From: Macrostomum lignano
Lineage: Eukaryota
Direction of reading: 5' to 3'
Length of the DNA: 64,000 bases
Assembly: GCA_002269645.1 (NCBI GenBank)
Contig: NIVC01000703.1
Location: forward strand, 62,001 to 126,000
Every line of letters starts with the position of its first letter. The stretch's first letter is position 1. The notes under the pieces were generated by a model. The model saw only the letters and a program-made list of their open reading frames with translations. It ran no database searches and was not told the DNA's origin. The translations under genes and the position numbers were made by a program. Positions 51,611-63,751 of the stretch are shown here, piece by piece.

Positions 51611-52534
51611 ATGAGGCTGATAGGTCTATATGTACGAGTATGCTGATGCTGGCATCTCAAAGCTGAAATCCAACAGATGTCAATCATTCACCTGCAGCCT
51701 TCACTAAAGGCTGAAGACCGAATCTCATGTACTGCCACACTACTACCCTTTTCATTGGCTACTACTAAGTAAGTAGTCAGGTGAAGAGAATCGAAGCCAA
51801 AACTAAAAAAATTACCGATCGAGCAACAAACTTATCGGGCTAATAGACCAGCACAAGAATGATAAGAGTAGCAGCACGGCTTCGGGTTAAAAGTGAATAC
51901 AATTTATTTATTCAATATATTCAGCCAGCAATTTGCATCGCGCGCGTTTTGCACAAAAACAGGCAAACCTAAAATTGCAATTCCCAGCGTCAAAGGCTAT
52001 TGCGACTAGGACAGGTGATTAATAAAACTAAACAAAGATACAGTTGCATTCTCGTAATGCGGTTAATAAGAGGATAAAATAGGCTCAATATATAGTACTG
52101 ATTTACACTACTATTAGTAGCAGTGTATAAATATCGGATTAATGAAATAATTCACTGACAGGGGCAGGGGTAAGCGAAAGGGCTTAGCTGATATAGGATG
52201 GTGATGCAGCGTTAGGGAGACTGGGCATTTTTAGGAGGGGAGGCTGGAAAGGAGGGTTGCCAGAGCAAGTGCCACAGCCTATGGAATGGTGAGTCTGGCA
52301 GGACAGCGCATTAAACAGTAATCAGTAATTAACACAGGGCTAGGCAATAAAACGGTGACAAAGTAAAGACGGGCACACGATAAAATAAGGATTATAGATC
52401 AGGAGCGCAATTAAAAGTACAATGTACGAATTGGATCGGAGCAGAGCCGATGAGATTCCGGCATCATTATGTATTATAAAATTCCTAACAAAAATGAATC
52501 ATCTTTTCGATACATATCGGCAGATCTGAAGTGT

Positions 52535-53059
52535 CTACTTGGGCAGGGAGGCGCAGCCGGTGCACAGCAGAGCGTCACCCTCGGTGAGGAAGCCCCTGCC
52601 AACCAGGCTGTCGGAGCAGCGGCTGCAGGTGAAGCAGTCCGAGTGCCAGTCGCGGTCCTCAAAGGAGACGAACTTGGCGCCAGTGAAGCCGGTGATTGGC
52701 TGGCAGCAGCGGCAGCACTTGCGGGCGAACAGCTGGCCGAAGCAGTCGGCGCAGTAGGGCCGCTCCTGCTGCGAGGTGAACTTCAGGCCGGCCAGCGGCT
52801 TGGCGCAGTGGCCGCACACCAGGCAGTCGGAGTGGTACGCCTGGCCCTTGTAGGTGACGCCGCCCTTGCGGATGACCTGCCGGCACTCGCGGCAGCGCTG
52901 GGCAAAGCGGCCCTCGTAGCACGGGACGCAGCAGGCGTTGTCGCCGTGCGGGATGAAGCTGTCGCAGCCGATGCCGCAGCCGCACTCGGAGCACAGGAAG
53001 CACTGCTCGTGGTACTGCTGGCTGCGCCACTCCAGCTTGCGGCTGCCGGCTTTGAACAC
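52535..53059 (-). CDS. FHL2: Four-and-a-half LIM domain protein, exon 2 (LIM2-4)
   Basis: VFKAGSRKLEW..HEQCFLC..ITGFTGAKFVSFEDRDWHSDCFTC..SLVGRGFLTE closely follows FHL2; symbol is family-level (FHL/limpet). Confidence 0.93.
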   Translation of the reverse strand: MFKAGSRKLEWRSQQYHEQCFLCSECGCGIGCDSFIPHGDNACCVPCYEGRFAQRCRECRQVIRKGGVTYKGQAYHSDCLVCGHCAKPLAGLKFTSQQERPYCADCFGQLFARKCCRCCQPITGFTGAKFVSFEDRDWHSDCFTCSRCSDSLVGRGFLTEGDALLCTGCASLPK

Positions 53060-53117
53060 CTGCGGGTGGGTGCGGTTTGAGCAGTGCGTTGAGAGTGCTG
53101 GGCAACTGGAAGCTGCA

Positions 53118-54632
53118 GGATGATGATAGAATGAGCGGGATGATGATAGAATGAGCGGGATGATGATAGAATGAGCGGGATGATGATAGAATGAGCGGGA
53201 TGATGATAGAATGAGCGGGATGATGATAGAATGAGCGGGATGATGATAGAATGAGCGGGATGGTGACAGAATGAGTGCGGGATGGTGACAGAATGAGGGG
53301 GATGGTGATAGAATGAGCGGGATGATGACAGAACGAGCGCGGGATGATGATAGAATGAGCGGGATGATGACAGAATGAGCGCGGGATGGTGACAGAACGA
53401 GCGGGATGGTGATAAAATGAGCGGCATGGTGACAGAATGAGCGGGATGATGACAGAATGATCGGGATGATGATAAAATGAGCGGGATGATGATAGAATGA
53501 GCGGGATGATGACAGAATGAGCGGGATGATGATAAAATGAGCGGGATGATGATAGAATGAGCGGGATGATGATAGAATGAGCGGGATGATGACAGAATGA
53601 GCGGCATGGTGACAGAATGAGCGGGATGGTGATAGAATGAGCGGAATGGTGATAGAATGAGCGGGATGATGACAGAATGAGCGGGATGATGATAAAATGA
53701 GCGGGATGATGATAGAATAAGCGGGATGATGATAGAATGAGCGGGATGATGACAGAATGAGCGGCATGGTGACAGAATGAGCGGGATGGTGATAGAATGA
53801 GCGGAATGGTGATAGAATGAGCGGGATGATGACAGAATGAGCGGGATGGTGACAGAATGAGCGGGATGGTGATAGAATGAGCGGGATGATGACAGAATGA
53901 GCGGGATGGTGACAGAATGAGCGGGATGGTGATAGAATGAGCGGGATGATGACAGAATGAGCGGGATGGTGACAGAATGAGCGGGATGGTGATAGAATGA
54001 GCGGGATGATGACAGAATGAGCGGGATGATGATAGAATGAGCGGGATGGTGACAGAATGAGCGGGATGATGACAGAATGAGCGGCATGGTGACAGAATGA
54101 GCGGGATGGTGATAGAATGAGCGGAATGGTGATAGAATGAGCGGGATGATGACAGAATGAGCGGGATGGTGACAGAATGAGCGGGATGGTGATAGAATGA
54201 GCGGGATGATGACAGAATGAGCGGGATGGTGACAGAATGAGCGGGATGGTGATAGAATGAGCGGGATGATGACAGAATGAGCGGGATGGTGACAGAATGA
54301 GCGGGATGGTGATAGAATGAGCGGGATGATGACAGAATGAGCGGGATGATGATAGAATGAGCGGGATGGTGACAGAATGAGCGGGATGATGACAGAATGA
54401 GCGGGATGATGATAAAATGAGCGGGATGATGATAGAATGAGCGGGATGGTGATAGAATGAGCGGGATGATGACAGAATGAGCGGGATGGTGATAGAATGA
54501 GCGGGATGGTGACAGAATGAGCGGGATGATGACAGAATGAGCGGGATGATGATAAAATGAGCGGGATGATGATAGAATGAGCGGGATGATGATAGAATGA
54601 GCGGGATGATGACAGAATGAGCGGGATGATGA
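53118..54632. repeat. 20-bp minisatellite (gatgatgatagaatgagcgg)n filling the FHL intron
   Basis: About 75 copies. Confidence 0.98.
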
Positions 54633-54651
54633 TAGCTCATAAAACAGCTAC

Positions 54652-54993
54652 CTGATAGCAGCGGCAGCACCTGGCCGCGAAGCGCTCGTCATGGCAGGAG
54701 GTGCAATAGACGTCCCCCTCCTTGGCCAGGAAAGGCTGAGAGGCGAGCGAGCAGCCGCAGGCGGAGCAGCGGAAGCAGGCCTCGTGCCAGTGCCGGCCGC
54801 CGTGGCCGAGGTCGGTCATCTCGCAGCCGATGCGGGCGCCGCACTTGGCGCACTCGTTGGCCAGGCGGGACTCGAAGCAGTCGGTGCAGGCGGCCGCGTC
54901 CTCGGTGACCACGTAGCGGCAGCCGGCGAGCTGGCGGCCGCACAGGGAACAGGCGACCTGGTGCGGGAGGCTCGCGTGCACAGCTTCCGACAT
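54652..54993 (-). CDS. FHL2: Four-and-a-half LIM domain protein, exon 1 (half-LIM + LIM1)
   Basis: MSEAV..CSLC..CTDC..CAKC..RHWHEACFRC; donor CAG|GTAGCT phase 0. Total 288 aa. Confidence 0.92.
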
Positions 54994-55587
54994 TGATGAG
55001 GCTGAAAGGGCGACAGACAATTTGCTGTAGGTGCTATCAGACTTGCAATCGCATTGATGACAGACAGGCAAAACCGAGAACAAAAGAAACATGCAGAAGA
55101 AGAACTCAAAGCACGGCAGAAGCGCCGGTGTTAATTTGCTCACAAGTGCTCACTTATTATCGCAGCCCCCACCATCCGTTGAAACTGTTCTCAAGCGCCG
55201 GCCAAACCAGGGCGTGACTCACCGGGCACTCCCAGTTCAAAAGCGGAGTGTTAATAGATGAAGCAGAGAGACTGAGAGGATCCGTGGGAATCTGCGAGTT
55301 TCACTCCAGTCGAAAAAAATTGCTAAACAAGCAGAATTCAACAAAGACAGAGAAAGTGAAATCTGCAGAGAGAGAAGTTTGAGCAGGAAAATAAAGCAGA
55401 GACTCAAGAGGGGGGGGGTCAGCCAGCTTTACCAAGGCCGGGGCCAATCCAATTTGTGCACTTAATTGCATTAACCAGTTTGGCCACTTTTGCGCCCTGC
55501 AGAATAAAATGAATTAATCTCTGCAATACTAGAACTAATTAATTATATTGCCCACTTTGCACCAGGCTAGGCCCTAAGGCGGGATTT

Positions 55588-56411
55588 CTAGGGAGAGTGG
55601 ACTGGAAGCGAGCCAATGCGACAATGCACATCTCCACCGTTTAGATAGTGGTCCATGACTAGGGATAGTGGACTGGAAGCGAGCCAATGCGACAATGCAC
55701 ATCTCCACCGTTTAGATAGTGGTCCATGACTAGGGATAGTGGACTGGAAGCGAGCCAATGCGACAATGCACATCTCCACCGTTTAGATAGTGGTCCATGA
55801 CTAGGGATAGTGGACTGGAAGCGAGCCAATGCGACAATGCACATCTCCACCGTTTAGATAGTGGTCCATGACTAGGGATAGTGGACTGGAAGCGAGCCAA
55901 TGCGACAATGCACATCTCCACCGTTTAGAAAGTGGTCCATGACTAGGGATAGTGGACTGGAAGCGAGCCAATGCGACAATGCCCATCTCCACCGTTTAGA
56001 TAGTGGTCCATGACTAGGGATAGTGGACTGGAAGCGAGCCAATGCGACAATGCCCATCTCCACCGTTTAGATAGTGGTCCATGACTAGGGAGAGTGGACT
56101 GGAAGCGAGCCAATGCGACAATGCCCATCTCCACCGTTTAGATAGTGGTCCATGACTAGGGAGAGTGGACTGGAAGCGAGCCAATGCGACAATGCCCATC
56201 TCCACCGTTTAGATAGTGGTCCATGACTAGGGAGAGTGGACTGGAAGCGAGCCAATGCGACAATGCCCATCTTCACCGTTTAGATAGTGGTCCATGACTA
56301 GGGAGAGTGGACTGGAAGCGAGCCAATGCGACAATGCCCATCTTCACCGTTTAGATAGTGGTCCATGACTAGGGAGAGTGGACTGGAAGCGAGCCAATGC
56401 GACAATGCACA
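55588..56411. repeat. 71-bp tandem repeat, about 11.6 copies
   Basis: ctagggagagtggactggaagcgagccaatgcgacaatgcacatctccaccgtttagatagtggtccatga; no spacers. Confidence 0.98.
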
Positions 56412-57157
56412 TAGTAAAGCAATATGAAATTAATAAAATAAGAGTCAACAGACTCTGAGCGCCAGCATGAGTAGCTTGAAGGCAATTGTAAATATTTCCT
56501 ATTATAATTATTATTGTTATTGTAATTAATTATTCAATTAGAATTTATATACAATAATATAAAGTGTTAATTGGCAATGTTTGAAATTCATTTGCAATGC
56601 AGATTATTTTGAATAGAACTAGCAAGAATTCCTGTTAAATTATGATTATTATTGAGCAGGAAAGCGATAAGTAAGCAGATCTGGGCACGCGTGGAATATT
56701 TTCATAGAGCTAGGCATTAGAAATTAAATTAATGTTTGTTGTTGTATAAGATTAATAAAACGAGTGCATTAGTACAAGTTTCACATAATAAGCATGGGTA
56801 TTAGCTTCTGAAACATGTACGCATAATTGGACTTAGAAAAATGATGAAGTTACGCATGGGACGAGAAGCTGGGATGCAACAACAGCAAGCAACAACAATA
56901 AGGCATTAAATATACACTTAGCAATCACGTGCACTGTAAATAGAGGCCGCCTGGGGCTGTGTGACACCAGGGGAATTATGCAGCCTAATGCAGCTAGGCG
57001 AATCGGGAACCCAGCTGCCTGTCAGTCTGCACTGGAGCAGAGAAATTACACAATGGCAGCGGTACAGAGCCCGTAAAAACCGCTTGCAGAACACATACAC
57101 CTCGGATAAGTGTCTAAAAGACTACGAATAGACACCCAGATACTGTAGATGGTGCAC

Positions 57158-57682
57158 AGGCAGGGTGAGGGAGAGTGGACAGGCAGGGTGGGGGAGAGTG
57201 GACAGGCAGGGTGGAGGAGAGTGGACAGATAGGGTGGGGGAGTGGACAGATAGGGTGGGGGAGAGCGGACAGGCAGGGTGGGGGAGAGTGGACAGATAGG
57301 GTGGGGAGAGTGGACAGATAGGGTGGGGGAGAGTGGACAGATAGGGTGGAGGAGAGTGGACAGATAGGGTGGGGGAGAGTGGACAGATAGGGTGGGGGAG
57401 AGTGGACAGATAGGGTGGGGGAGAGTGGACAGATAGGGTGGGGGAGAGTGGACAGATAGGGTGGGGGGAGAGTGGACAGATAGGGTGGGGGAGAGTGGAC
57501 AGATAGGGTGGGGGAGAGCGGACAGGCAGGGTGGGGAGAGTGGACAGGCAGGGTGGGGGAGAGTGGACAGGCAGGGTGGGGGAGAGTGGACAGGCAGGGT
57601 GGGGGAGAGTGGACAGGCAGGGTGGGGGAGAGTGGACAGGCAGGGTGAGGGAGAGTGGACAGGCAGGGTGGGGGAGTGGACA
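57158..57682. repeat. 23-bp minisatellite (gagagtggacaggcagggtgggg)n
   Basis: Direct reading. Confidence 0.96.
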
Positions 57683-57769
57683 GGTGAGAGCAGGACAGAA
57701 GCAGAAGAGAGCCAAAGCAAATTAAAAAAAGCGGAGCGGCTGCTCCAGCCGGACGGTCGCGGCAAAATT

Positions 57770-58540
57770 TTAATTCGCGGCCTCCGGCGTGGCAGCCGAA
57801 GCGGCGACCGGGGCCGGCGCGGCGGTGGCGGCCGAGGCGGCGGCGGCAGCGGCCGCAGCCTGGCGCTCCCGCTCGATGCCGACGTACTTGAGCTGCTCCA
57901 TGGGACCGTAGCGATAGTCGAAGAACAGCTCCTCGCCAGGCGCGATGGGCCGATTGGCGAAGATGCCGATCCGATGGTCGCCGTTGACCATGAGCACCTT
58001 GGCTGAGCAGTTCGGGCTCACCGAGTGATTGGCGAACCGGATCTTATTGCCTTTGCGCGTGGCGTCCACCACGAAGTCCTGGTTGAGGTTGAACAGGAAG
58101 GAGCTCATGTACTTGTCGTACACCTTGCCGCGACGGTCGGCCTCGTCCTGGGTGATCACCTCGCCGCAGTACTCGTAGATGAAGTCGCCCCGTTCGGCCG
58201 AGTCGCGGAGGAAAATTCCCCAGCCGGCCACGTCGCTAGGCGCCATCAGCAGGTGCTTGCGGAGGCCGCGCTGCAGCGCCACGTTGCGGCAGTTGCCGTT
58301 CGGCGCGTCGGCACCGCAGGTGCAGCAAAGGTCGGGGTCGCACTCCCGCACGGCCAGTACGCAGGGGCACTGCTTGGTGTTGCACTGAGACTTGCAGCGG
58401 CAGCCGGCAAACCGGTTCGGGCAGGCCGACGAGCACTGGCAGAATTTCTCGCAGAAATTGCCCGCCACCCGGCAGCTGCACTGGTCGTCGCAACGGCGCC
58501 CGGGATGGTCGCACGGGTGGTAATAGTGCGACTGGCTCAC
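57770..58540 (-). CDS. Ezh: Enhancer of zeste/EZH, last exon (CXC + SET)
   Basis: [33 protein letters not shown]; [42 protein letters not shown]. Confidence 0.98.
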   Translation of the reverse strand: MSQSHYYHPCDHPGRRCDDQCSCRVAGNFCEKFCQCSSACPNRFAGCRCKSQCNTKQCPCVLAVRECDPDLCCTCGADAPNGNCRNVALQRGLRKHLLMAPSDVAGWGIFLRDSAERGDFIYEYCGEVITQDEADRRGKVYDKYMSSFLFNLNQDFVVDATRKGNKIRFANHSVSPNCSAKVLMVNGDHRIGIFANRPIAPGEELFFDYRYGPMEQLKYVGIERERQAAAAAAAASAATAAPAPVAASAATPEAAN

Positions 58541-58626
58541 CTGGGCGGCGCAAGGGGGGCTCAGGGCTTAGCGGGTTAGGGTTTCGGTGTGCCGCCACCC
58601 CCAGCAGAATATGCTGTCAAGCACAC

Positions 58627-59035
58627 CACTTCCGCCTAACCCTAGTTGCCCCACTTCCGCCTAACCCTAGTTGACTCACTTCCGCCTAACCCTAGTTGAC
58701 CCACTTCCGCCTAACCCTAGTTGACTCACTTCCGCCTAACCCTAGTTGACCCACTTCCGCCTAACCCTAGTTGACTCACTTCCGCCTAACCCTAGTTGAC
58801 TCACTTCCGCCTAACCCTAGTTCACTCACTTCCGCCTAACCCTAGTTGACCCACTTCCGCCTAACCCTAGTTGACCCACTTCCGCCTAACCCTAGTTGAC
58901 CCACTTCCGCCTAACCCTAGTTGACCCACTTCCGCCTAACCCTAGTTGACTCACTTCCGCCTAACCCTAGTTGACTCACTTCCGCCTAACCCTAGTTCAC
59001 TCACTTCCGCCTAACCCTAGTTGACTCACTTCCGC
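58627..59035. repeat. 25-bp minisatellite (cttccgcctaaccctagttgactca)n in E(z) intron
   Basis: About 16 copies. Confidence 0.97.
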
Positions 59036-59193
59036 TCAACCGCAATCGACTCACTTTCGTTTAAACTTAGTTGACTTATTTTCGCCCAACCCCAGTTGAC
59101 CCATTTCCGCTCAACCTGGGTTGATCCGCTTCCACCCATTCTCAACCGACTCACTTTCTTAGACATTCTAGCAAAAAACCTCCGATTCCTCAC

Positions 59194-59451
59194 CTGCTGC
59201 CCTGGGGCGCGCCGACCGCCGTTAACGCCGGCCTTCTTGCGCACTTTGCGCTTCTTGCGCGGCGGCGACAGCTCAGTCCGCTCCTCGGCGCTAAGGTTGG
59301 CCTCGCGCCGGATGAAGCTGGCCACCTGGGCGCAGGATTTGTCGGGCAGGACGCGGGCGATGCGGCAGCTGTTAAAATGGCACTGGAAGATGCGGACCAG
59401 CGTCATGTCGGCCGGCGTCCACTGCGTTTCGGGGACCGCGTCGCCAGACAC
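59194..59451 (-). CDS. Ezh: E(z) exon (SANT2 + NLS)
   Basis: WTPADMTLVRIF..CRIARVLPDKSCAQV..SPPRKKRK; phase 0/0. Confidence 0.9.
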
Positions 59452-59594
59452 CTGCACGGAGTTGCGCAGTTGGTCCTCAGTTAGACGGGGATTTTTAATG
59501 GGGATAGTGGGGGATTTCCAATACGAGTGCAATACGCTCATATGGCTGGAGAGGGATTTGTCAGCGAGACTATGCGACTAGCTAGATGGGAATT

Positions 59595-60535
59595 GCCCAA
59601 ATGAGACTGGAGGGGGATTCTTAATGAGACTGGGTGATTCCCAATGAGACTGGGGGGATTCTCAATGAGACTGGGTGATTTCAAATGAGACTGGGGGATT
59701 CCCAACAAGACTGGAGGGGTATTCCCAATGAGACTGGGGGATTCCTAATGAGACTGGGGGATTCCTAATGAGACTGGAGGGGTATTCCCAATGAGACTGG
59801 GGGATTCCTAATGAGATTGGAGGGGATTCCCAATGAGACTGGGGGATTCCCAACAAGACTGGAGGGGTATTCCCAATGAGACTGGGGGATTCCCAAATGA
59901 GACTGCGGGATTCCAAATGAGACTGGGGGATTCCCAAATGAGAGACTGTGGGATTCTCAATGAGACTGGGGAATTCCCAAATGAGACTGGAGGGGATTCC
60001 CAATGAGACTGGGGGATTCCCAATGAGACTGGGGGATTCACAATGAGACTGGGGGATTCCCAAATGAGACTGCGGGATTCCAAATGAGACTAGGGGATTC
60101 CCAAATGAGACTGTGGGATTCTCAATGAGACTGGGGAATTCCCAAATGAGACTGGAGGGATTCCCAATGAGACTGGAGGGTGGTTCCCAATGAGACTGAG
60201 GGACTCCAAGACCAAAATCAGACTAGAGGGGATTCCCGATCAGACTGGGGGATTCCTAATAAGACTGGGGTATTCCCAAATGAGACTGTGGGATTCTCAA
60301 TGAGACTGGGGAATTCTGAGACTGGAGGGGATTCCCAATGAGACTGGAGGGGGGTTCCCAATGAGACTGAGGGACTCCAAGACCAAAATCAGACTAGAGG
60401 GGATTCCCGATCAGACTGGAGGATTCAAGGTGACACTGGAGGATTCCTAATAAGACTGGGGGATTCCCAATGAGACTGAGGGACAGGGATACAATGAAGT
60501 TAGAGGGGATTCCCATTGAGGCTAGAAGGGATTTC
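59595..60535. repeat. Minisatellite of about 20 bp (cccaatgagactgggggatt) in E(z) intron
   Basis: Degenerate tandem units. Confidence 0.94.
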
Positions 60536-60623
60536 CCGGAGGCAGGGGATGCGAACTATATAGAGAACTACTTTGGTAGATTTCGGCTGGAAAGAGAAAA
60601 ATCACTTGAAGGCGGTTATTCAC

Positions 60624-61073
60624 CTGACAGCAGGAGTCTCCGCACGGAGCAGCGGACCCGAAAGCTTCCACAGCCTGCCGCACTCGGTACATGCTCTCCG
60701 TGGACTTGAACGGATGCTGCTGGCAGTCGTACTTGAAGCAGCGCCGGCAGAACAGGGTGTGGAAACTATTGAGACAGTCGTCGCGGCTGAGGCTCTGCGG
60801 CTGCTTGTCGATGTTGGGCGTAGCGTAGCTGCAGGCCGCCTCCACGGCGCGGTCCTCCAGCTCCACGTAGCGGACCATCAGTTTGCCGTAGTCTTCGGCC
60901 CGGCCAAATGCGGCGGCGACCGCCTGGAACAGCCAGTCGGGGACGTGGCAGCCATTTGAGCTGCTGCTGCTGCTGCTGGCCGTGCCGCAGCTGCCTGGCG
61001 CCTCGGATTTTTCTGGCTGCTGCTGCTGCTGCGGCGGCTTCTCTGAGGGATCTGCGCTGTCCCGCGGCTCGGC
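60624..61073 (-). CDS. Ezh: E(z) exon (SANT1 end + MCSS)
   Basis: TPNID..SRDDCLNSFHTLFCRRCFKYDC..HPF..PCGDSC; phase 0/0. Confidence 0.92.
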
Positions 61074-61189
61074 CTTGATAAGTTAGTAAGGGCGCATTGG
61101 TGATGCTTGGTGATAGGATCATTTTGGTATGTCAGAAGGCCACATTTGAAACAGCTGAAGGGAGCAACATAGGGGGATTTTAGCTCGTA

Positions 61190-61590
61190 AGACCGGATGT
61201 CAGAGCAGCAAGGAGGTTCTAAGGGCGGATGTCAGGGCAGCAAAGAGGTTCTAAGGGCGGATGTCAGAGCAGCAAGGAGGTTCTAAGGGCGGATGTCAGA
61301 GCAGTAAGGAGGTTCTAAGGGCGGATGTCAGAGCAGCAAGGAGGTTCTAAGGGCGGATGTCAGAGCAGCAAGGAGGTTCTAAGGGCGGATGTCAGAGCAG
61401 CAAGGAGGTTCTAAGGGCGGATGTCAGACCAGCAAGGAGGTTCTAAGGGCGGATGTCAGAGCAGCAAGGAGGTTCTAAGACCGGATGTCAGAGCAGCAAG
61501 GAGGTTCAAAGGGCGGATGTCAGAGCAGCAATGAGGTTCTAAGGGCAGATGTCAGGGCAGCAAGGAGGTTCAAAGGGCGGATGTCAGAGA
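61190..61590. repeat. 32-bp minisatellite (gagcagcaaggaggttctaagggcggatgtca)n in E(z) intron
   Basis: About 12 copies. Confidence 0.96.
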
Positions 61591-61691
61591 AGCAAAAAAA
61601 GATTCGAAAGGCGAATTTCTGAGCAGTCCAGGAAATCCTGTACTCAGACAGTTATAAAGAAGATACAAAAAATCAAAAGCCTCGAGCATAC

Positions 61692-62261
61692 CTCAGCCTC
61701 CAGCGCTCGCGAGTCCAACAGGGCTTTGATCAGCGGCACCAGCAGCTCCTCCTCCAGGTCGAAGGGGAAGTTGCCGTGCACTCGGCCCTCGTAGTTGCGA
61801 ATGAGCTCGTCAAGGAATTTAGTGTCGTGCTCACCCTCGCCCATGTAGGGAATGTTCTGCAGCTCGACTTCGTCTTCGGCGGCAAAGTTCTGCTGCAACG
61901 GCGCCCAGCAGAGGGCGCTGGGCAGGGCAGGCGCGGAGGGCAGCATCAGCAGGCCGGCCAGGCAGGGCCGCTTGGAGCTGCCGAAGCGGACCTCGAAGCT
62001 GCCGAACGGCGTCTCCCGGTGCTGCTGCACCACCGGCGAGGGCAGGTAGGCGGGGATGCGCACCGGGTCGCAGTCGAACAGGCGGCAGTTGTAGCGGGAC
62101 ATCGCCGTCTGTCGGTGCCGCTCGAGGTCGCGCAGGCCGGCGTCAAGCAGGCGTGAATTCTCTGCCAGGATGGCGCGCACCGAGTCGCGCTTGGCGTCCA
62201 GGTGGCGCTGCTTCTGGCCGCGGTATTCGGCGAGCACGGCCGCCACGCGCCACTTTGGCAC
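61692..62261 (-). CDS. Ezh: E(z) exon (EED-binding helix, SAL/SRM)
   Basis: WAPLQQNFAAEDEVELQNIPYMGE..FLDELIRNYEGRVHG matches EZH2 [24 protein letters not shown]. Confidence 0.95.
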
Positions 62262-62269
62262 CTGCGGCG

Positions 62270-63722
62270 GGATGGGGGTTGGAGGGTGATTCTGGGATTG
62301 GGGTTGGAGGGCGATTCTGGGATTGGGGTTGGAGGGCGATTCTGGGATGGGGGTTGGAGGGCGATTCTGGGATTGGGGTTGGAGGGCGATTCTGGGATTG
62401 GGGTTGGAGGGCGATTCTGGGATGGGGGTTGGAGGGCGATTCTGGGATTGGGGTTGGAGGGCGATTCTGGGATTGGGGTTGGAGGGCGATTCTGGGATGG
62501 GGGTTGGAGGGCGATTCTGGGATTGGGGTTGGAGGGCGATTCTGGGATTGGGGTTGGAGGGCGATTCTGGGATTGGGGTTGGAGGGCGATTCTGGGATTG
62601 GGGTTGGAGGGCGATTATGGGATTGGGGTTGGAGGGCGATTCTGGGATGGGGTTGGAGGGCGATTCTGGGATGTGGGTTGGAGGGCGATTCTGGGATTGG
62701 GGTTGGAGGGCGATTCTGGGATGGGGGTTGGAGGGCGATTCTGGTATGGGGGTTGGAGGGCGATTCTGAGATTGGGGTTGGAGGGCGATTCTGGGATGGG
62801 GTTGGAGGGCGATTCTGGGATGGGGGTTGGAGGGCGATTCTGGGATTGGGGTTGGAGGGCGATTCTGGGATGAGGGTTGGAGGGCGATTCTGGGATGGGG
62901 GTTGGAGGGCGATTCTGGGATTGGGGTTGGAGGGCGATTCTGGGATTGGGGTTGGAGGGCGATTCTGGGATTGGGGTTGGAGGGCGATTCTGAGATGGGG
63001 ATTGGAGGCAGATTCTGGGATGGGATTGGAGGCAGATACTGAGATGGGGATTGGAGGCAGATTCTGAGATGGGAATTGGAGGCAGATTCAGGGATGGGAA
63101 TTGGAGGCAGATTCTGAGATGGGGATTGGAGGCAGATTCTGGGATTGGGGTTGGAGGGCGATTCTGAGATGGGGATTGGAGGCAGATTCTGGGATGGGGA
63201 TTGGAGGCAGATTCTGATATGAGGATTGGAGGCAGATTCTGATATGGGGATTGGAGGCAGATTCTGGGATGGGGATTGGAGGCAGATTCTGAGATGGGGA
63301 TTGGAGGCAGATTCTGAGATGGGAATTGGAGGCAGATTCTGAGATGGGAATTGGAGGCAGATTCTGAGATGGGAATTGGAGGCAGATTCTGAGATGGGGA
63401 TTGGAGGCAGATTCTGGGATTGGGATTGGAGGCAGATTCTGAGATGGGGATTGGAGGCAGATTCTGGGATGGGGATTGGAGGCAGATTCTGATATGGGGA
63501 TTGGAGGCAGATTCTGATATGGGGATTGGAGGCAGATTCTGGGATTGGGGTTGGAGGGCGATTCTGAGATGGGGATTGGAGGCAGATTCTGGGATGGGAT
63601 TGGAGGCAGATACTGAGAATGGGATTGGAGGCAGATTCTGGGATGGGGATTGGAGGCAGATACTGAGATGGGGATTGGAGGCAGATTCTGGGATGGGAAT
63701 TGGAGGCAGATTCTGGGATGGG
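62270..63722. repeat. Two related 25-bp G-rich minisatellites in E(z) intron
   Basis: gattctgggattggggttggagggc grading into gattctgagatggggattggaggca at about 62990. Confidence 0.96.
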
Positions 63723-63751
63723 GATTTAGCCTCGCTTCAGCTCCATCTCAC

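Noticed and set aside
52535-54670. Single 711-aa LIM protein with a repetitive N-terminus
   Set aside because: The ORF reads through the repeat-filled intron; splicing 54652 to 53059 gives a normal 288-aa FHL.
55588-56411. 71-bp and other regular arrays as CRISPR
   Set aside because: Units are contiguous with no unique spacers, there are no cas genes, and the context is eukaryotic.
58627-59035. Interstitial telomere or chromosome fusion site
   Set aside because: Only about 1.5 TTAGGG-like units per 25-bp monomer, no (TTAGGG)n run, and it lies within an intron.
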